Source: an uncultured virus (IMG/VR IMGVR_UViG_3300023116_006877) (lineage: Duplodnaviria > Heunggongvirae > Uroviricota > Caudoviricetes). Taken from it: a DNA stretch of 64,000 nucleotides. Positions 20,041-30,354 of this stretch are shown in pieces. The position numbers and the translations under genes are program-made. Position 1 is the first letter of the stretch, and every line of letters starts with the position of its first letter. The notes below the pieces were generated by a model. The model made no database searches. It was not told the DNA's origin and worked only from the letters and a program-made list of their open reading frames with translations. The stretch lies in the IMG/VR virus record IMGVR_UViG_3300023116_006877; one strand, given 5' to 3'.

Positions 20041-21524
20041 GAATATTAGGAATAAATTGTATGAATCATGATGCCGCCATGGCTGTGGTTGACGGCCGAG
20101 ATATTCTATGGGCCGCACATAGCGAGAGATACAGCAAGATAAAAAATGATCATCACCTGAACTGGGGGATAGTGAACGAGGCAATGAGTTATGGTCCTTT
20201 TGACAAAGTGGTGTATTATGAAAAACCATGGTTAAAAAAGAGACGACAGATTAGAGCGGGACAATGGTCGGAAGTTTTTACAACACAGAATCTGCCATCG
20301 GAACATTTAAAACAGTTTGGAATCAAAATTGACCAGTATGTAGATCATCATCATTCGCATGCGGCCGGAAGTTTTTTCACATCGCCCTTTACAGATTCCA
20401 TGGTGTTGTGTGTGGATGCCATAGGAGAATGGGAAACTATGACTATATGGAAAGCCAAAGGCAACGAAATAGAAAAACTGGAAAGCATGGAATATCCTCA
20501 TTCACTGGGAATCTTATATTCTGCTTTTACACAAAGAGTTGGATTGAAACCCGCAGAGGAAGAATACATATTGATGGGAATGTCAGCATACGGAACACCA
20601 AAGTACCGAGATAATATCTACAATGAATTGTTGGATTATCGAACTCTGGAATTAAAAAGAAATTTACACAGAGGAATAGGAAATTGGTTACCGGAAGCGG
20701 ATCCCATGGATCTTGCCGCATCCATTCAAAAAGTCATACAAGAAGCACTCACTCATATATGGCAATGGAGTACGACTTACATACCAGACGGACAACGTGC
20801 TGTGAGCAAATATGGTGAAAGTCGTAATTTATGTTATGGTGGAGGCGTGGCATTGAATTGTGTGGCCAATGCAATTTTAATGAACAAGAAAATATACGAT
20901 AAATCATGGATCATGCCCAATCCCGGAGATGCGGGTAGTTCGTTGGGTTGTATAGCCGCTTCGATGCACAGACACCTAAATTGGAAACATCCATTTTTGG
21001 GCACGAACATAGAGGGTGAATATCCTGTGGATGCTCTCATAAAGGAATTGTTGGAAAATAAAATGGTGGGAGTGGCCAATGGTCGGGCGGAGTTTGGACC
21101 AAGAGCACTTGGTAATAGATCATTACTTGCTGATCCTAGAGGATCAAAAATCAAGGATTTGGTAAATGGTATTAAAAAAAGACAGAAGTTTAGACCATTC
21201 GCACCAGCCATATTAGAAGAGGATGTGAACGAGTATTTTACCCTACCTAAAGGTGTTAAAAACACCCCTTATATGCAACACACAGCGGTTTGTACGCATG
21301 GTAAAGACTTTCCTGCCATAATACACTACGATAACACGAGTAGGGTTCAAACAGTGTCTAAAGCAGACAATCCAGGTTTTTATGAATTGCTTACGCAATG
21401 GAAAAAGAAAACAGGTTGCCCTATACTGCTTAACACCAGTTTGAATATAAAAGGACAACCTATAGTAAATGACAAAGATGATGGTAAAGCATTTACCAAC
21501 AAATATGGAGTAAAAGTTTTATGA
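20037..21524 (+). CDS. Carbamoyltransferase (NodU/CmcH family)
   Basis: HDAA, HHHSHAA, DAIGE, GGVALNC, GPRALGNRS, FRPFAP and LLNTSLN. Confidence 0.92.
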   Translation: MRILGINCMNHDAAMAVVDGRDILWAAHSERYSKIKNDHHLNWGIVNEAMSYGPFDKVVYYEKPWLKKRRQIRAGQWSEVFTTQNLPSEHLKQFGIKIDQYVDHHHSHAAGSFFTSPFTDSMVLCVDAIGEWETMTIWKAKGNEIEKLESMEYPHSLGILYSAFTQRVGLKPAEEEYILMGMSAYGTPKYRDNIYNELLDYRTLELKRNLHRGIGNWLPEADPMDLAASIQKVIQEALTHIWQWSTTYIPDGQRAVSKYGESRNLCYGGGVALNCVANAILMNKKIYDKSWIMPNPGDAGSSLGCIAASMHRHLNWKHPFLGTNIEGEYPVDALIKELLENKMVGVANGRAEFGPRALGNRSLLADPRGSKIKDLVNGIKKRQKFRPFAPAILEEDVNEYFTLPKGVKNTPYMQHTAVCTHGKDFPAIIHYDNTSRVQTVSKADNPGFYELLTQWKKKTGCPILLNTSLNIKGQPIVNDKDDGKAFTNKYGVKVL

Positions 21525-22465
21525 GAATTTTAGTCACAGGAGGTTATGGTTTTATAGGATCTAGGATTGTTGAAAGATTAATTGAAATGAATCATAGTGT
21601 TATAGTAATGGATAATAAAGAAACATATGGAGTGATTTCGGAAAAAGATCTCGAAAAATTATATTCTTGGAGACAGAGAAACTGGAAAAACGTTTATTGT
21701 AAAAACGGAGATGTAACAAAACAAGATGATGTATTGTCTGCTTTTAAAAATAGACCAGATTATGTGATACACCTAGCATCATATCCTAGAGCAAAAATAG
21801 TAAACAATAATCCGTGGGTGGGAGTACAAAATATTATAGGAGGAACAGTAAATCTTCTTTCTCATTGCCAATATATGCCTGTGAAAAAGTTTGTGTTTGT
21901 TAGTTCGTCAATGATATACGGACACTTCTCCGATGGAACCAAAGAAGACGCAGATACCAAACCGAACAATTTATATGGAGAATCTAAATTAACTGCGGAA
22001 CGATTCGTCAAACATTATCACGCTCAACATAAAATAAATTATGCAATAGTAAGACCGAGCGGAGTCTATGGTCCAGGAGACATGGAAGATAGGGTATTAA
22101 GTAAATTTTTCCAGAAAGCAATGAATAACGAAACAATAGAAGTACACGATGGTGACAACAAAGTAGATTTTACTTATATCAATGACACAGCAGAAGGTAT
22201 CATAAAAGCAACATTATCAGACGAAGCCAATCAAAGTTTCAATATTACTGCGGGCAATGCCACATCATTACGTGTGGCGGCAGAAAAGATCATAGAACTC
22301 ACAGGCAGTAAGAGTGATATAGTTGATACAGGTGCTCATAAACTTTATCCTCGTAGAGGAACATTGGATATATCCAGAGCCAAAAAATTATTGAATTATC
22401 AACCAGAAACAACTTTTGATCAAGGACTAGAATACTATTATGAGTGGTTACAAAATAAAATTTAA
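21521..22465 (+). CDS. NAD-dependent sugar epimerase/dehydratase
   Basis: TGGYGFIG, SSS, YGESK and VYGPG. Confidence 0.9.
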   Translation: MRILVTGGYGFIGSRIVERLIEMNHSVIVMDNKETYGVISEKDLEKLYSWRQRNWKNVYCKNGDVTKQDDVLSAFKNRPDYVIHLASYPRAKIVNNNPWVGVQNIIGGTVNLLSHCQYMPVKKFVFVSSSMIYGHFSDGTKEDADTKPNNLYGESKLTAERFVKHYHAQHKINYAIVRPSGVYGPGDMEDRVLSKFFQKAMNNETIEVHDGDNKVDFTYINDTAEGIIKATLSDEANQSFNITAGNATSLRVAAEKIIELTGSKSDIVDTGAHKLYPRRGTLDISRAKKLLNYQPETTFDQGLEYYYEWLQNKI

Positions 22466-23510
22466 CGGTGTCGACAGATTGTATGATGCATACTCGTGGA
22501 GACTGACTCGTAGAGCGAAAAAAGTATGGAGCTCTGGAAATGTGTTGTTAGGTGCAGAACTAAAAAAATTAGAAAATAACATTTGCAAAAAATATAAAAG
22601 AAAATATGCGGTCGGAGTGGGATCAGCCACAGACGGACTGTACTTTTCAATGAAGGCACTGGGACTAAACAGATCGTCGACCATAGTGTGTCCGGCATTA
22701 AGTTACGTGGCCACCGCGGGAGCAATCAAAAGGTTAGGTGCAAAAATACGTTTTGTTGATGTGGACGACATTGGAAATATTGGTAGTATAAATTTACAGA
22801 CTAAACCAAATGCCATACTTTACGTAAATTTATATGGCAATGTAGCGGACTACAATCGATTAAAAGAATATTGCGAAGATAATAAAATATTTCTCATAGA
22901 GGATGCCGCACAGTCACAAGGGGCATATTTAGGAAACTGGTTTAAAAAAATTCCATCTGGAACACTGGGTGACATATCGATCTTTAGTTTTGATCCTATG
23001 AAGAATATGCCTTGCTTTGGATCAGGCGGCATGATATTAACCGATTCTTTACAGGTATACGAAAACTTGATCAGTTTAAGAAGACACGGCTTACACAACA
23101 ACATGGATTATGGTTACAACAGTGTGATTCCAGAAGATCATTCAGCACAATTAAATTTTTTATTAGATAAGTTTGATTCATTGCAAAGTATGAGAGAAAA
23201 AGTGGCCAAAAGGTATTTTAAAAATCTACCTACTGAATCATTTATAAAATCTAAAAATAACACTATAAGCAGTTATCATAAACTGGTGTTGCTACATGAA
23301 AAAAGAGATGATTTACAAAAGTATCTCAAGGAGCACGGGATAGAAACAAAAATACACTATTCAAAAACCTTGAACCACGGTTGGCTTACGTCTTATCCAA
23401 ATGCTGAAAAAATTTGTAAACGTGCATTAAGTTTACCGATCTATCCATACCTAACCGATAGTGAAATTGATTATATTTGTAAAAGGATAAAAGAATTCAA
23501 TGGCATTTGA
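22440..23510 (+). CDS. DegT/DnrJ/EryC1/StrS PLP-dependent sugar aminotransferase
   Basis: SATDGL, IEDAAQS, SFDPMKN and LSLPIYP. Confidence 0.9.
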   Translation: MSGYKIKFNGVDRLYDAYSWRLTRRAKKVWSSGNVLLGAELKKLENNICKKYKRKYAVGVGSATDGLYFSMKALGLNRSSTIVCPALSYVATAGAIKRLGAKIRFVDVDDIGNIGSINLQTKPNAILYVNLYGNVADYNRLKEYCEDNKIFLIEDAAQSQGAYLGNWFKKIPSGTLGDISIFSFDPMKNMPCFGSGGMILTDSLQVYENLISLRRHGLHNNMDYGYNSVIPEDHSAQLNFLLDKFDSLQSMREKVAKRYFKNLPTESFIKSKNNTISSYHKLVLLHEKRDDLQKYLKEHGIETKIHYSKTLNHGWLTSYPNAEKICKRALSLPIYPYLTDSEIDYICKRIKEFNGI

Positions 23511-24801
23511 TTGTGTAATTGTCGATTTTCAAAAAGATCAAAAAAACAAGGAGTTTTTATTCAATAAATTTCCTTATGCTCTTTCGACTCCGTTTGTAGG
23601 AAGTTACTTTGACATCCTTAAAAGTTTTGTTGATGGTGTAAAAACTGATTTTTTTTGGTTAACAAGTGATCTTGTAAATTTACAACATTTTGATTTTAAT
23701 TTTATTCCCGATCAACACCAACAAAAACAAATTCATGTATGGAATACTCAATCACAGAGAGAGGGAGATATAATGTTGTTGCCCACTAACGAATTTAAAT
23801 CTCAAATGAATCATATAAAGTTTTTGAGAGATTATAAGGATATAAACTATCATGATACCAATTTTGAATACAACGAATGGCCGTCATTTAAATTTACATT
23901 TGATAATTTGACAGAACAAATAAAAAATCAAAAAACAAGATATGCAAATTATTATTTCAAAAAACAGCATAGCATAATACCAAGTTTTTGGGAAGATCAA
24001 AAGTTATATGTGTTGGACAAGAATCGTTTAAATTTATTGGTACCGAGATTTGATATGAAAGAAGAGTTGTACGAATATTCTCCCACATTGTTGATGGATA
24101 ATCCCAATGAAAAATTAAATTTTGATATTTGTTATATACACAACGGAGAACCGCAGGCACAAGAAAATTTGATGTTTTTAAAACAACATCTAAAGAAAAA
24201 ACCAAACAAACTTCACATAATCGAAGGAGTCAAAGGTCGTAAGGAAGCCTACCAAACTGCCGCACGAGCAAGTGAAACAGAATATTTCTATGCCGTTTTT
24301 GCCAAACTAAAAGTAAACAAGGATTTTGCTTTTGATTTTGTGCCAGACACATTGAAATCTCCAAGACATTATATTTTTGATTGTTTTAATCCTGTGATCA
24401 ATTACACTTACGGACATCAAGCAATCATACTTTATAATAAAAAACTTACATTAGAAAATGACGGCAAAGGTCTGGACTTTACACTATCACAGAAGCACGA
24501 CCATATTTCTTTATTGAGTGCAGAGACAACTTTTTATACCGATCCACAAGTATGTTATAGAACTGCTTTTCGCGAAATAGTCAAGTTGCTTTATAATAAA
24601 AAACTAAAACCAACAGTTGAGAATAACTTTATACTGAAAAAATGGTCAGACTTGGATATTGTTCCGGGTGCTTCATATGTGAATGCCGCAAGAGAAGATG
24701 CCTTACAATTTGTACAATCTCATGATTATAATTTTGATGTTATTTTTAAGAGTTATGAATGGGACTATGTTGATGTCTTTTATAAAAAAAGATACAACTA
24801 A
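23500..24801 (+). CDS. Multi-domain GT-A-like protein (C-terminal domain paralogous to 8814-9701)
   Basis: 'GEP...EN...IEGVKGRKEAYQTAA..SETEYFYAVFAKL' aligns with the 8814 protein but lacks DxD. Confidence 0.5.
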   Translation: MAFDCVIVDFQKDQKNKEFLFNKFPYALSTPFVGSYFDILKSFVDGVKTDFFWLTSDLVNLQHFDFNFIPDQHQQKQIHVWNTQSQREGDIMLLPTNEFKSQMNHIKFLRDYKDINYHDTNFEYNEWPSFKFTFDNLTEQIKNQKTRYANYYFKKQHSIIPSFWEDQKLYVLDKNRLNLLVPRFDMKEELYEYSPTLLMDNPNEKLNFDICYIHNGEPQAQENLMFLKQHLKKKPNKLHIIEGVKGRKEAYQTAARASETEYFYAVFAKLKVNKDFAFDFVPDTLKSPRHYIFDCFNPVINYTYGHQAIILYNKKLTLENDGKGLDFTLSQKHDHISLLSAETTFYTDPQVCYRTAFREIVKLLYNKKLKPTVENNFILKKWSDLDIVPGASYVNAAREDALQFVQSHDYNFDVIFKSYEWDYVDVFYKKRYN

Positions 24802-25161
24802 TTAATTTTCTTTAAATGTTTTTTTCATTAATTTTGATGTTTTAGATTCCATATCTTGTTTTAATCTCGGAACATCAAATTTTAAATCGACAGTTTGTAT
24901 GTTGTTATAATTGTCGTTTATATATTTTCTTAGAGCATTCGCAACATGGGTCTGTGATTTAATTTTTAAATCTTTCTGTACATCAACGTGTATAGTTACT
25001 CTATTTCTTAAAATGATATCACACCATTTCACGTAACGAATTGGCAAGTTTGTAAAGGATAGCCCGTCTAATACCTCGGGCCATTCCTTAACAAATTCTT
25101 GTGTGAGTTGAACCCAAGTACGATTATTTCTTGGATTTTGTTGTTTTCTTTTTTGTTTCAT
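24802..25161 (-). CDS. Hypothetical protein
   Basis: Last ORF of the - strand block; its stop abuts the + strand stop. Confidence 0.7.
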   Translation of the reverse strand: MKQKRKQQNPRNNRTWVQLTQEFVKEWPEVLDGLSFTNLPIRYVKWCDIILRNRVTIHVDVQKDLKIKSQTHVANALRKYINDNYNNIQTVDLKFDVPRLKQDMESKTSKLMKKTFKEN

Positions 25162-25642
25162 CTGTAGATTTTTCGGAAGTTTTAGGTTGATCTAATAATG
25201 AAAGTTCGTCTACAGAGATACCTTTTTGTTTAGCAATTTGTTCATTTAAATCAGAGAGAATAATTTCGTCTGAATTTCCCGAACCAAATGTAACTATTAT
25301 TTGATCAGTTGAAAATTTTTTAAGAAAATTATTTCTATGTAAAAATGGTAAAATTTCAACACCGTCTGAAAATCTAGATTTCATTAAATGATGTCCTAAT
25401 TCGAAAGCATTTTGTCCTTCAAAACTTTCCAAGGCCTTCATGAATGTATCCTGATAGTTTGTGTCTAGAAATTTTGTTCCAACGACTAGACAATTTTTAG
25501 GTTCACCAGGAACAGTTCTAAACACAATGGCTACTGGTGCACCACCGTCTTTTAATTTTCCAATATGTTTGATCTTACGTCTATTGGCCTCTACTGTTTT
25601 TGCAGTGTCGTTAACATCTAAAGGCATCATTGGTTGTACCAT
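25124..25642 (-). CDS. Hypothetical phage protein
   Basis: 172 aa ORF with GGAG RBS. Confidence 0.75.
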   Translation of the reverse strand: MVQPMMPLDVNDTAKTVEANRRKIKHIGKLKDGGAPVAIVFRTVPGEPKNCLVVGTKFLDTNYQDTFMKALESFEGQNAFELGHHLMKSRFSDGVEILPFLHRNNFLKKFSTDQIIVTFGSGNSDEIILSDLNEQIAKQKGISVDELSLLDQPKTSEKSTDETKKKTTKSKK

Positions 25643-25651
25643 TTGTTTCTC

Positions 25652-25966
25652 CTATTTTTTTGCACCTGTGGATTCAGTCGCATTTTGTTCTACCTGTTGA
25701 TTTACATCAGGTTTTTGTTCGGGTGCGACTTTAGCCAAAAAGGCCGATAACTTGTTAAACATAACTCCCACAGTAGCCATCTCATTGGCTCTAAATGCGC
25801 CTCTTGTAGAAGCCACATCAATTATAGTTGATATGTTTTTGAGATCTGATATTGATAAATCACTACCAGGTTGTTGTCCTGTTTGTGGAGTTGCAGAAGC
25901 AGTAGTTGTTTCAGCCGTCGCTGTTTTTTTTACTGATTCTTTTTTCTCTTTTTTCTTGCTTGCCAT
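25652..25966 (-). CDS. Hypothetical phage protein
   Basis: 'IIDVASTRGAFRANE' core; AGGAG RBS and TTGACA-18-TATAAT promoter (26010-26039). Confidence 0.75.
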   Translation of the reverse strand: MASKKKEKKESVKKTATAETTTASATPQTGQQPGSDLSISDLKNISTIIDVASTRGAFRANEMATVGVMFNKLSAFLAKVAPEQKPDVNQQVEQNATESTGAKK

Positions 25967-26057
25967 TTGATTCTCCTAATAATTGCAATTAATATTATAA
26001 TATACGTATATTATACTATTATGTAATTATGACTGTCAACGGTGTTAGAAAAATTTT

Positions 26058-26321
26058 TTACGAGCTTTTACCACTTAAGGCAAATAAGGTAAGATCGCTT
26101 GGTTCTTCAAAACCAACCAATGTACGATGTTTCACTTCATCTTTTGAATTTTCATAATCGGATATGTCACTGAAAGCAAATCGACCAAAACAATTTTGGT
26201 AAATCCATCTAGATAAAAACTCCAATTGTCCTTCGTTTTTCCAATCCATTTTTAATGTGACAAAATACGGTGGTATTTTATCTAGTTTTCTTTGATGAAA
26301 ATTTTTTGGATTAATCCTCAT
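26058..26321 (-). CDS. Hypothetical protein
   Basis: ORF in operon orientation. Confidence 0.65.
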   Translation of the reverse strand: MRINPKNFHQRKLDKIPPYFVTLKMDWKNEGQLEFLSRWIYQNCFGRFAFSDISDYENSKDEVKHRTLVGFEEPSDLTLFALSGKSS

Positions 26322-26328
26322 TTTTCCA

Positions 26329-27561
26329 TTAATTATTGTATTGTACCGTTAGTCCGAAAGGAGCCTCGATATTTTTCTCATATGGATTGTTGATCAAAAA
26401 TACTGTATCACAGTAGTCTTCGTCGCCCCAACTATCAAATGGCCAACCGTCCGTGAACATGATAAATTTTTTTGGTTCTATACCTTCATCCTTCATATAT
26501 CTCCAATTACATTCAAACTCCGTACCACCTCCAGAGCCTAACACATAATCTTCAATCTCGTCTGCATTATCCGGAGTGAACACTTTTGGATTGAAAACTT
26601 CTGTGTCAAATGTCCAAAGATGTATTGTAAAATCTTTGTATTGATCCATTATACCTTTTACTTCAGATAAAAATTCTTTACATTGTTCTTCTGATATTGA
26701 ACCAGAAGCATCAATGGCCAAACATATATCTATCTTATCGGTGTTTAACATACCCGGCAATACGGCATCCATATGCCAACTTCTTCTACTGGGCTTCATG
26801 AATGTGTAATCGGATTTCATAGTGCTAACGATCTGTTGTTGTATAATCTCTCTCCAGTCCATCTTGGGTTCTGTAAGATTTTTTATTAACCTTTGCAAAG
26901 CACCTGGTAGATTACCTGTACCTGTTGACTGTGCGGCCGACACCATTGCTTCTTTGATTTCGTCTTTGATTTTTTTCAATTCTTCCTTGGTATATTTTGG
27001 TGCTTTGCCTTTGCCTTTGCTGTCTTTGTTTTCTTTTCCAGGTCCGTCGGTAGAATCCTTGTTCCAGTCTATGTGTTCATCCAACAACTGTCCTAATTCT
27101 TCCAACATTTTTTTGCCGTTCTTTTTGGCTTTTTTGTATATTTCGTCGTAGATTTTTTCTGCTGGCCAATCCTTGTACTTGTCGTCTTGGAATCCTTTGT
27201 CTTTACCTTTGGTGTCTTTGGGCATCTCACCAATATGACTTTCAACTAAAATTTGGTTCACGGCATAATCCGCCGCGATATTCCAAATTTGAGGATCTCT
27301 TTTTTGTGCTCTTGATTGAAAATGATCAAACACACAGTGAAGTACCTCATGACCAAACAAAAATTCAGTTTCTCTGGGAGTCAACGAATCAATAAATTTA
27401 GTGTTATAGTAGAAGTATCTACCATCTGTGGCCGCTGTCGGGCACCAGTCATCGGCATTGACTATCTTTAGTCTAGTGGCAAGATTACCAAAAAATGGTT
27501 GTTTCAATAACAGAGCGATTCTTGCCGTTACCAGTTTGTCTATGATTCTTGCGTCTGACAT
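26329..27561 (-). CDS. Metallopeptidase-VWA protein (MoxR partner)
   Basis: TAATDG, HEVLH Zn motif, DASGS MIDAS, GGGT and FTDG. Confidence 0.88.
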   Translation of the reverse strand: MSDARIIDKLVTARIALLLKQPFFGNLATRLKIVNADDWCPTAATDGRYFYYNTKFIDSLTPRETEFLFGHEVLHCVFDHFQSRAQKRDPQIWNIAADYAVNQILVESHIGEMPKDTKGKDKGFQDDKYKDWPAEKIYDEIYKKAKKNGKKMLEELGQLLDEHIDWNKDSTDGPGKENKDSKGKGKAPKYTKEELKKIKDEIKEAMVSAAQSTGTGNLPGALQRLIKNLTEPKMDWREIIQQQIVSTMKSDYTFMKPSRRSWHMDAVLPGMLNTDKIDICLAIDASGSISEEQCKEFLSEVKGIMDQYKDFTIHLWTFDTEVFNPKVFTPDNADEIEDYVLGSGGGTEFECNWRYMKDEGIEPKKFIMFTDGWPFDSWGDEDYCDTVFLINNPYEKNIEAPFGLTVQYNN

Positions 27562-28670
27562 TATTTAGACTCCATAGCAGTTATGACATATTTGCCAAAC
27601 TTCTTATGGAACCTATCGAATGATTTCAACTTGCTAGGATCGAATGGCAATTGATAGTTTGTCAGTGCAATCTTGGCACCCATAACAACCAACTCAGTTT
27701 CAAAGTTGTCCATCATATAGTTGAAAAATCTATCTGCTAGTTCGTTCCAGTTCTTGTCTTTCTTTTCGTGTGCCTGTCTTAATTCATAACACAAACTCAC
27801 AGTCAAAGAATACATTGCTGAAACTTCTTTGCATTTTAAGTCTTTTACTTTACCTGATAATATATCTGACGGATTAGGTAGTTGGCCGCTGATTTTACGA
27901 TGATTCATAAATTTCACGGCCAACCCTTCTCCTACTGCGCCTGCAACGAGGTCAGTGAGCGTACTTTCAGGCAGGTCATCAGATAGAAGTTCTGATACAA
28001 AACTCCAACTCCTAGGTGTAGCAAATGATCGCGATGCTCCTTTAGGGTCAAAGTCATATAAATCTTGTTTTGCGAAAGTCACATAACCAACAACATCAGG
28101 ATGAACAGTGTTGTTTGTAGCCCATGTCATCCAGTCGTCATAGTCGACTCTCAATTCAACGTGTACGAATCTGTTGGCCAACGGAGCCGGCATCCTGTAT
28201 GTGACACCCTTGTCTGCGTCTCTGTTACCCGCGGCAACTATGGCAACGCCATCCGGTAACTTGTATTGTCCTACTCTTCTGTTCAAGATCAATTGATAGG
28301 CCGCCGCCTGTACAGCCGGCGCCGCCGAGTTCAACTCATCTAAAAATATGATTGCTTTAGATTTAGGATCAGTGGGCAATTCTGCCGGTGATGCCCAAAC
28401 CATGTTATTTTCTTTTTGATTATAATAAGGAATACCTTTGATGTCTGTGGGTTCCCATAATGGTAATCTGATATCTATTACTTGCCTGTCTTGTTCTTCG
28501 CCTATCTGTTTAACGATATCTGATTTACCAATACCCGGTGCACCCCACATCATTAGGGGTCTTTGTAATTTCAAACAATGCGACAATGCCGCTTTTGCCT
28601 CGTTTGGTGTGACAGTTCTATTCTGACTGCCTATTGTTGCTTCTTTGTTGTTTTTATTTGCTCTTACCAT
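27561..28670 (-). CDS. MoxR-like AAA+ ATPase
   Basis: GAPGIGKS Walker A, IIFLDE Walker B, AAGN, LANRF and TPRSW. Confidence 0.9.
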   Translation of the reverse strand: MVRANKNNKEATIGSQNRTVTPNEAKAALSHCLKLQRPLMMWGAPGIGKSDIVKQIGEEQDRQVIDIRLPLWEPTDIKGIPYYNQKENNMVWASPAELPTDPKSKAIIFLDELNSAAPAVQAAAYQLILNRRVGQYKLPDGVAIVAAGNRDADKGVTYRMPAPLANRFVHVELRVDYDDWMTWATNNTVHPDVVGYVTFAKQDLYDFDPKGASRSFATPRSWSFVSELLSDDLPESTLTDLVAGAVGEGLAVKFMNHRKISGQLPNPSDILSGKVKDLKCKEVSAMYSLTVSLCYELRQAHEKKDKNWNELADRFFNYMMDNFETELVVMGAKIALTNYQLPFDPSKLKSFDRFHKKFGKYVITAMESK

Positions 28671-28704
28671 TTAGTACACTCCTGTTTAAATGTTGTATAG
28701 TATC

Positions 28705-28732
28705 ATTATAACAGAAATATAATATAGGTCAA
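28705..28732 (-). promoter_or_regulatory. Sigma70-type promoter TTGACC-16-TATAAT for the AAA/VWA operon
   Basis: Read directly in intergenic DNA; AGGAG RBS follows. Confidence 0.6.
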
Positions 28733-28751
28733 CCGCACAGAAGTCGCAGTT

Positions 28752-29147
28752 TTACTGGCTTTTTTGATCGTCAATCTTGCTCATTGCACGGGCAAGACCA
28801 TATTTGGTGATATCTCCAGCGAACATCATCAGTTGTAAAGCCATTTTTTCCATGGTCACGTGTATTTGTTTCTTGTCAACAAAATATGGACAATCTACGA
28901 ATTCATCCAACCAAAGATAGGTCTGTGGTGTGAATATGATCTTGTCGGGGAATTTGATGGTGTAGGTTTTGATGTCTAATTTTTCCAGCATTTTTAAACC
29001 TTCTTTGGTGAGCCTCAAAGATCGTGCTTGATAGGATTCTCTCACATTTTGCCACCAGGTGTAGTAATGATTTTTCACACTCTCATCGTGCATGGGCAAT
29101 TTCAATAGTTCCATGAATGTGCGAGTGTAGGCAGTCTTAGTGTCCAT
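28752..29147 (-). CDS. Hypothetical phage protein
   Basis: 131 aa ORF. Confidence 0.7.
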   Translation of the reverse strand: MDTKTAYTRTFMELLKLPMHDESVKNHYYTWWQNVRESYQARSLRLTKEGLKMLEKLDIKTYTIKFPDKIIFTPQTYLWLDEFVDCPYFVDKKQIHVTMEKMALQLMMFAGDITKYGLARAMSKIDDQKSQ

Positions 29148-29155
29148 ACACTTAA

Positions 29156-29443
29156 TTATCGTTTGAATATTTCGCCGGTCTTTAATAGATACACACCAAA
29201 CTTGTCGGTTTTATGCTGTGCGTTCAACTTTTTTGCCAAGTTCTCTGCATGACCCGGATTGGAAAAACTTACCTTTTTGTACTTGGGACCTGGGTAGTTG
29301 GATACCAAACTGCTGGACTTTAGATTGATTGGTTTGCCATCGTAAAACACTGCCCATATGCCCTCTGCCGCAAGGACTTCTTCCTGCTTGTAGGTCTCTT
29401 TATTGCTGATGGTTAACAGCACTGTGGGTTTTGGTCTGCTCAT
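29156..29443 (-). CDS. Hypothetical phage protein
   Basis: 95 aa ORF with TAAATA motif at 29455-29460. Confidence 0.7.
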   Translation of the reverse strand: MSRPKPTVLLTISNKETYKQEEVLAAEGIWAVFYDGKPINLKSSSLVSNYPGPKYKKVSFSNPGHAENLAKKLNAQHKTDKFGVYLLKTGEIFKR

Positions 29444-29495
29444 AATAGTAACTGTATTTACCAGAAACTATGAAGGGTAGATTGTTGATAGATGC

Positions 29496-29738
29496 TTATT
29501 TGTTATCGAAAGTTCCGCCGTCCATCTCAATTGAAACGGTTTGTGCTTCTTTGGCTGTCTTTAATGCTTCGATTATCTCTTCTTGTACAGAAACAAGTCG
29601 TGTCATGACCTGGCTTAAACTGTTAGATAAACGTTCGGCATCCTGTAGGGACAGAGACAGCATTTTTTCTTGTCTTTGTTTGGAGCTCTTGACTCTACTG
29701 ATAAATTCTTCAATGGGTTGTGTTTGTATTTTGGACAT
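29496..29738 (-). CDS. Hypothetical coiled-coil protein
   Basis: 80 aa ORF with ATAAGTA just upstream. Confidence 0.65.
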   Translation of the reverse strand: MSKIQTQPIEEFISRVKSSKQRQEKMLSLSLQDAERLSNSLSQVMTRLVSVQEEIIEALKTAKEAQTVSIEMDGGTFDNK

Positions 29739-29739
29739 A

Positions 29740-30354
29740 TTATTCTGTACTTATCACTAATTTTCGGCAGTCGGGATATATTATTTGTTGACTTTCTGGT
29801 TTGTGTGACTTGAGCATTTCTATCCCACGTGTGCAATCATCCAGTGTGGGACAAAAATGATAACCGTTTTTAAATTGTTGTTGTTCACTCCACTCGGTTG
29901 CTCCTGTCAATGGATAAGTTTTCAAATCTCTGCCATCGGCTCTCATCTTACTCAATTCTACATATGCTTTTTCATCATCTAGCAAGATAGCACCAACTTT
30001 TCCTATACTCATCGGTTTGTTTATTCCAAAACTCAAACATTGTATTTGATTTTTTCTATACATCTTCGGTTCTAATTTTCTAGCAGAATCCCATATGTTA
30101 GTGGAATGGAATTGATATTCTCCGATCCATTGTTCGTCTGTCAGTGTGTAGTCCACGTGGATGTGTTGTAATGCTTGTATAACTGAAAGATATGTAAATG
30201 CTGTACACTCACATTTTTTAACACCATACAATTTCATTGCGAGCATTATGGAGTGTGTACATCCATCGGTGGCCACCACATAAGGAGCACCTGTGTAATC
30301 TGCTAGGGCAGATTCAAAATCAAATATTGGCTGATATGTTCTCTTTGATTGCAT
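29740..30354 (-). CDS. Short DegT-like PLP-dependent aminotransferase
   Basis: 'FESALADYTGAPYVVATDGCT', 'DSA' and 'CLSFGINKP...GAIL'. Confidence 0.75.
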   Translation of the reverse strand: MQSKRTYQPIFDFESALADYTGAPYVVATDGCTHSIMLAMKLYGVKKCECTAFTYLSVIQALQHIHVDYTLTDEQWIGEYQFHSTNIWDSARKLEPKMYRKNQIQCLSFGINKPMSIGKVGAILLDDEKAYVELSKMRADGRDLKTYPLTGATEWSEQQQFKNGYHFCPTLDDCTRGIEMLKSHKPESQQIIYPDCRKLVISTE

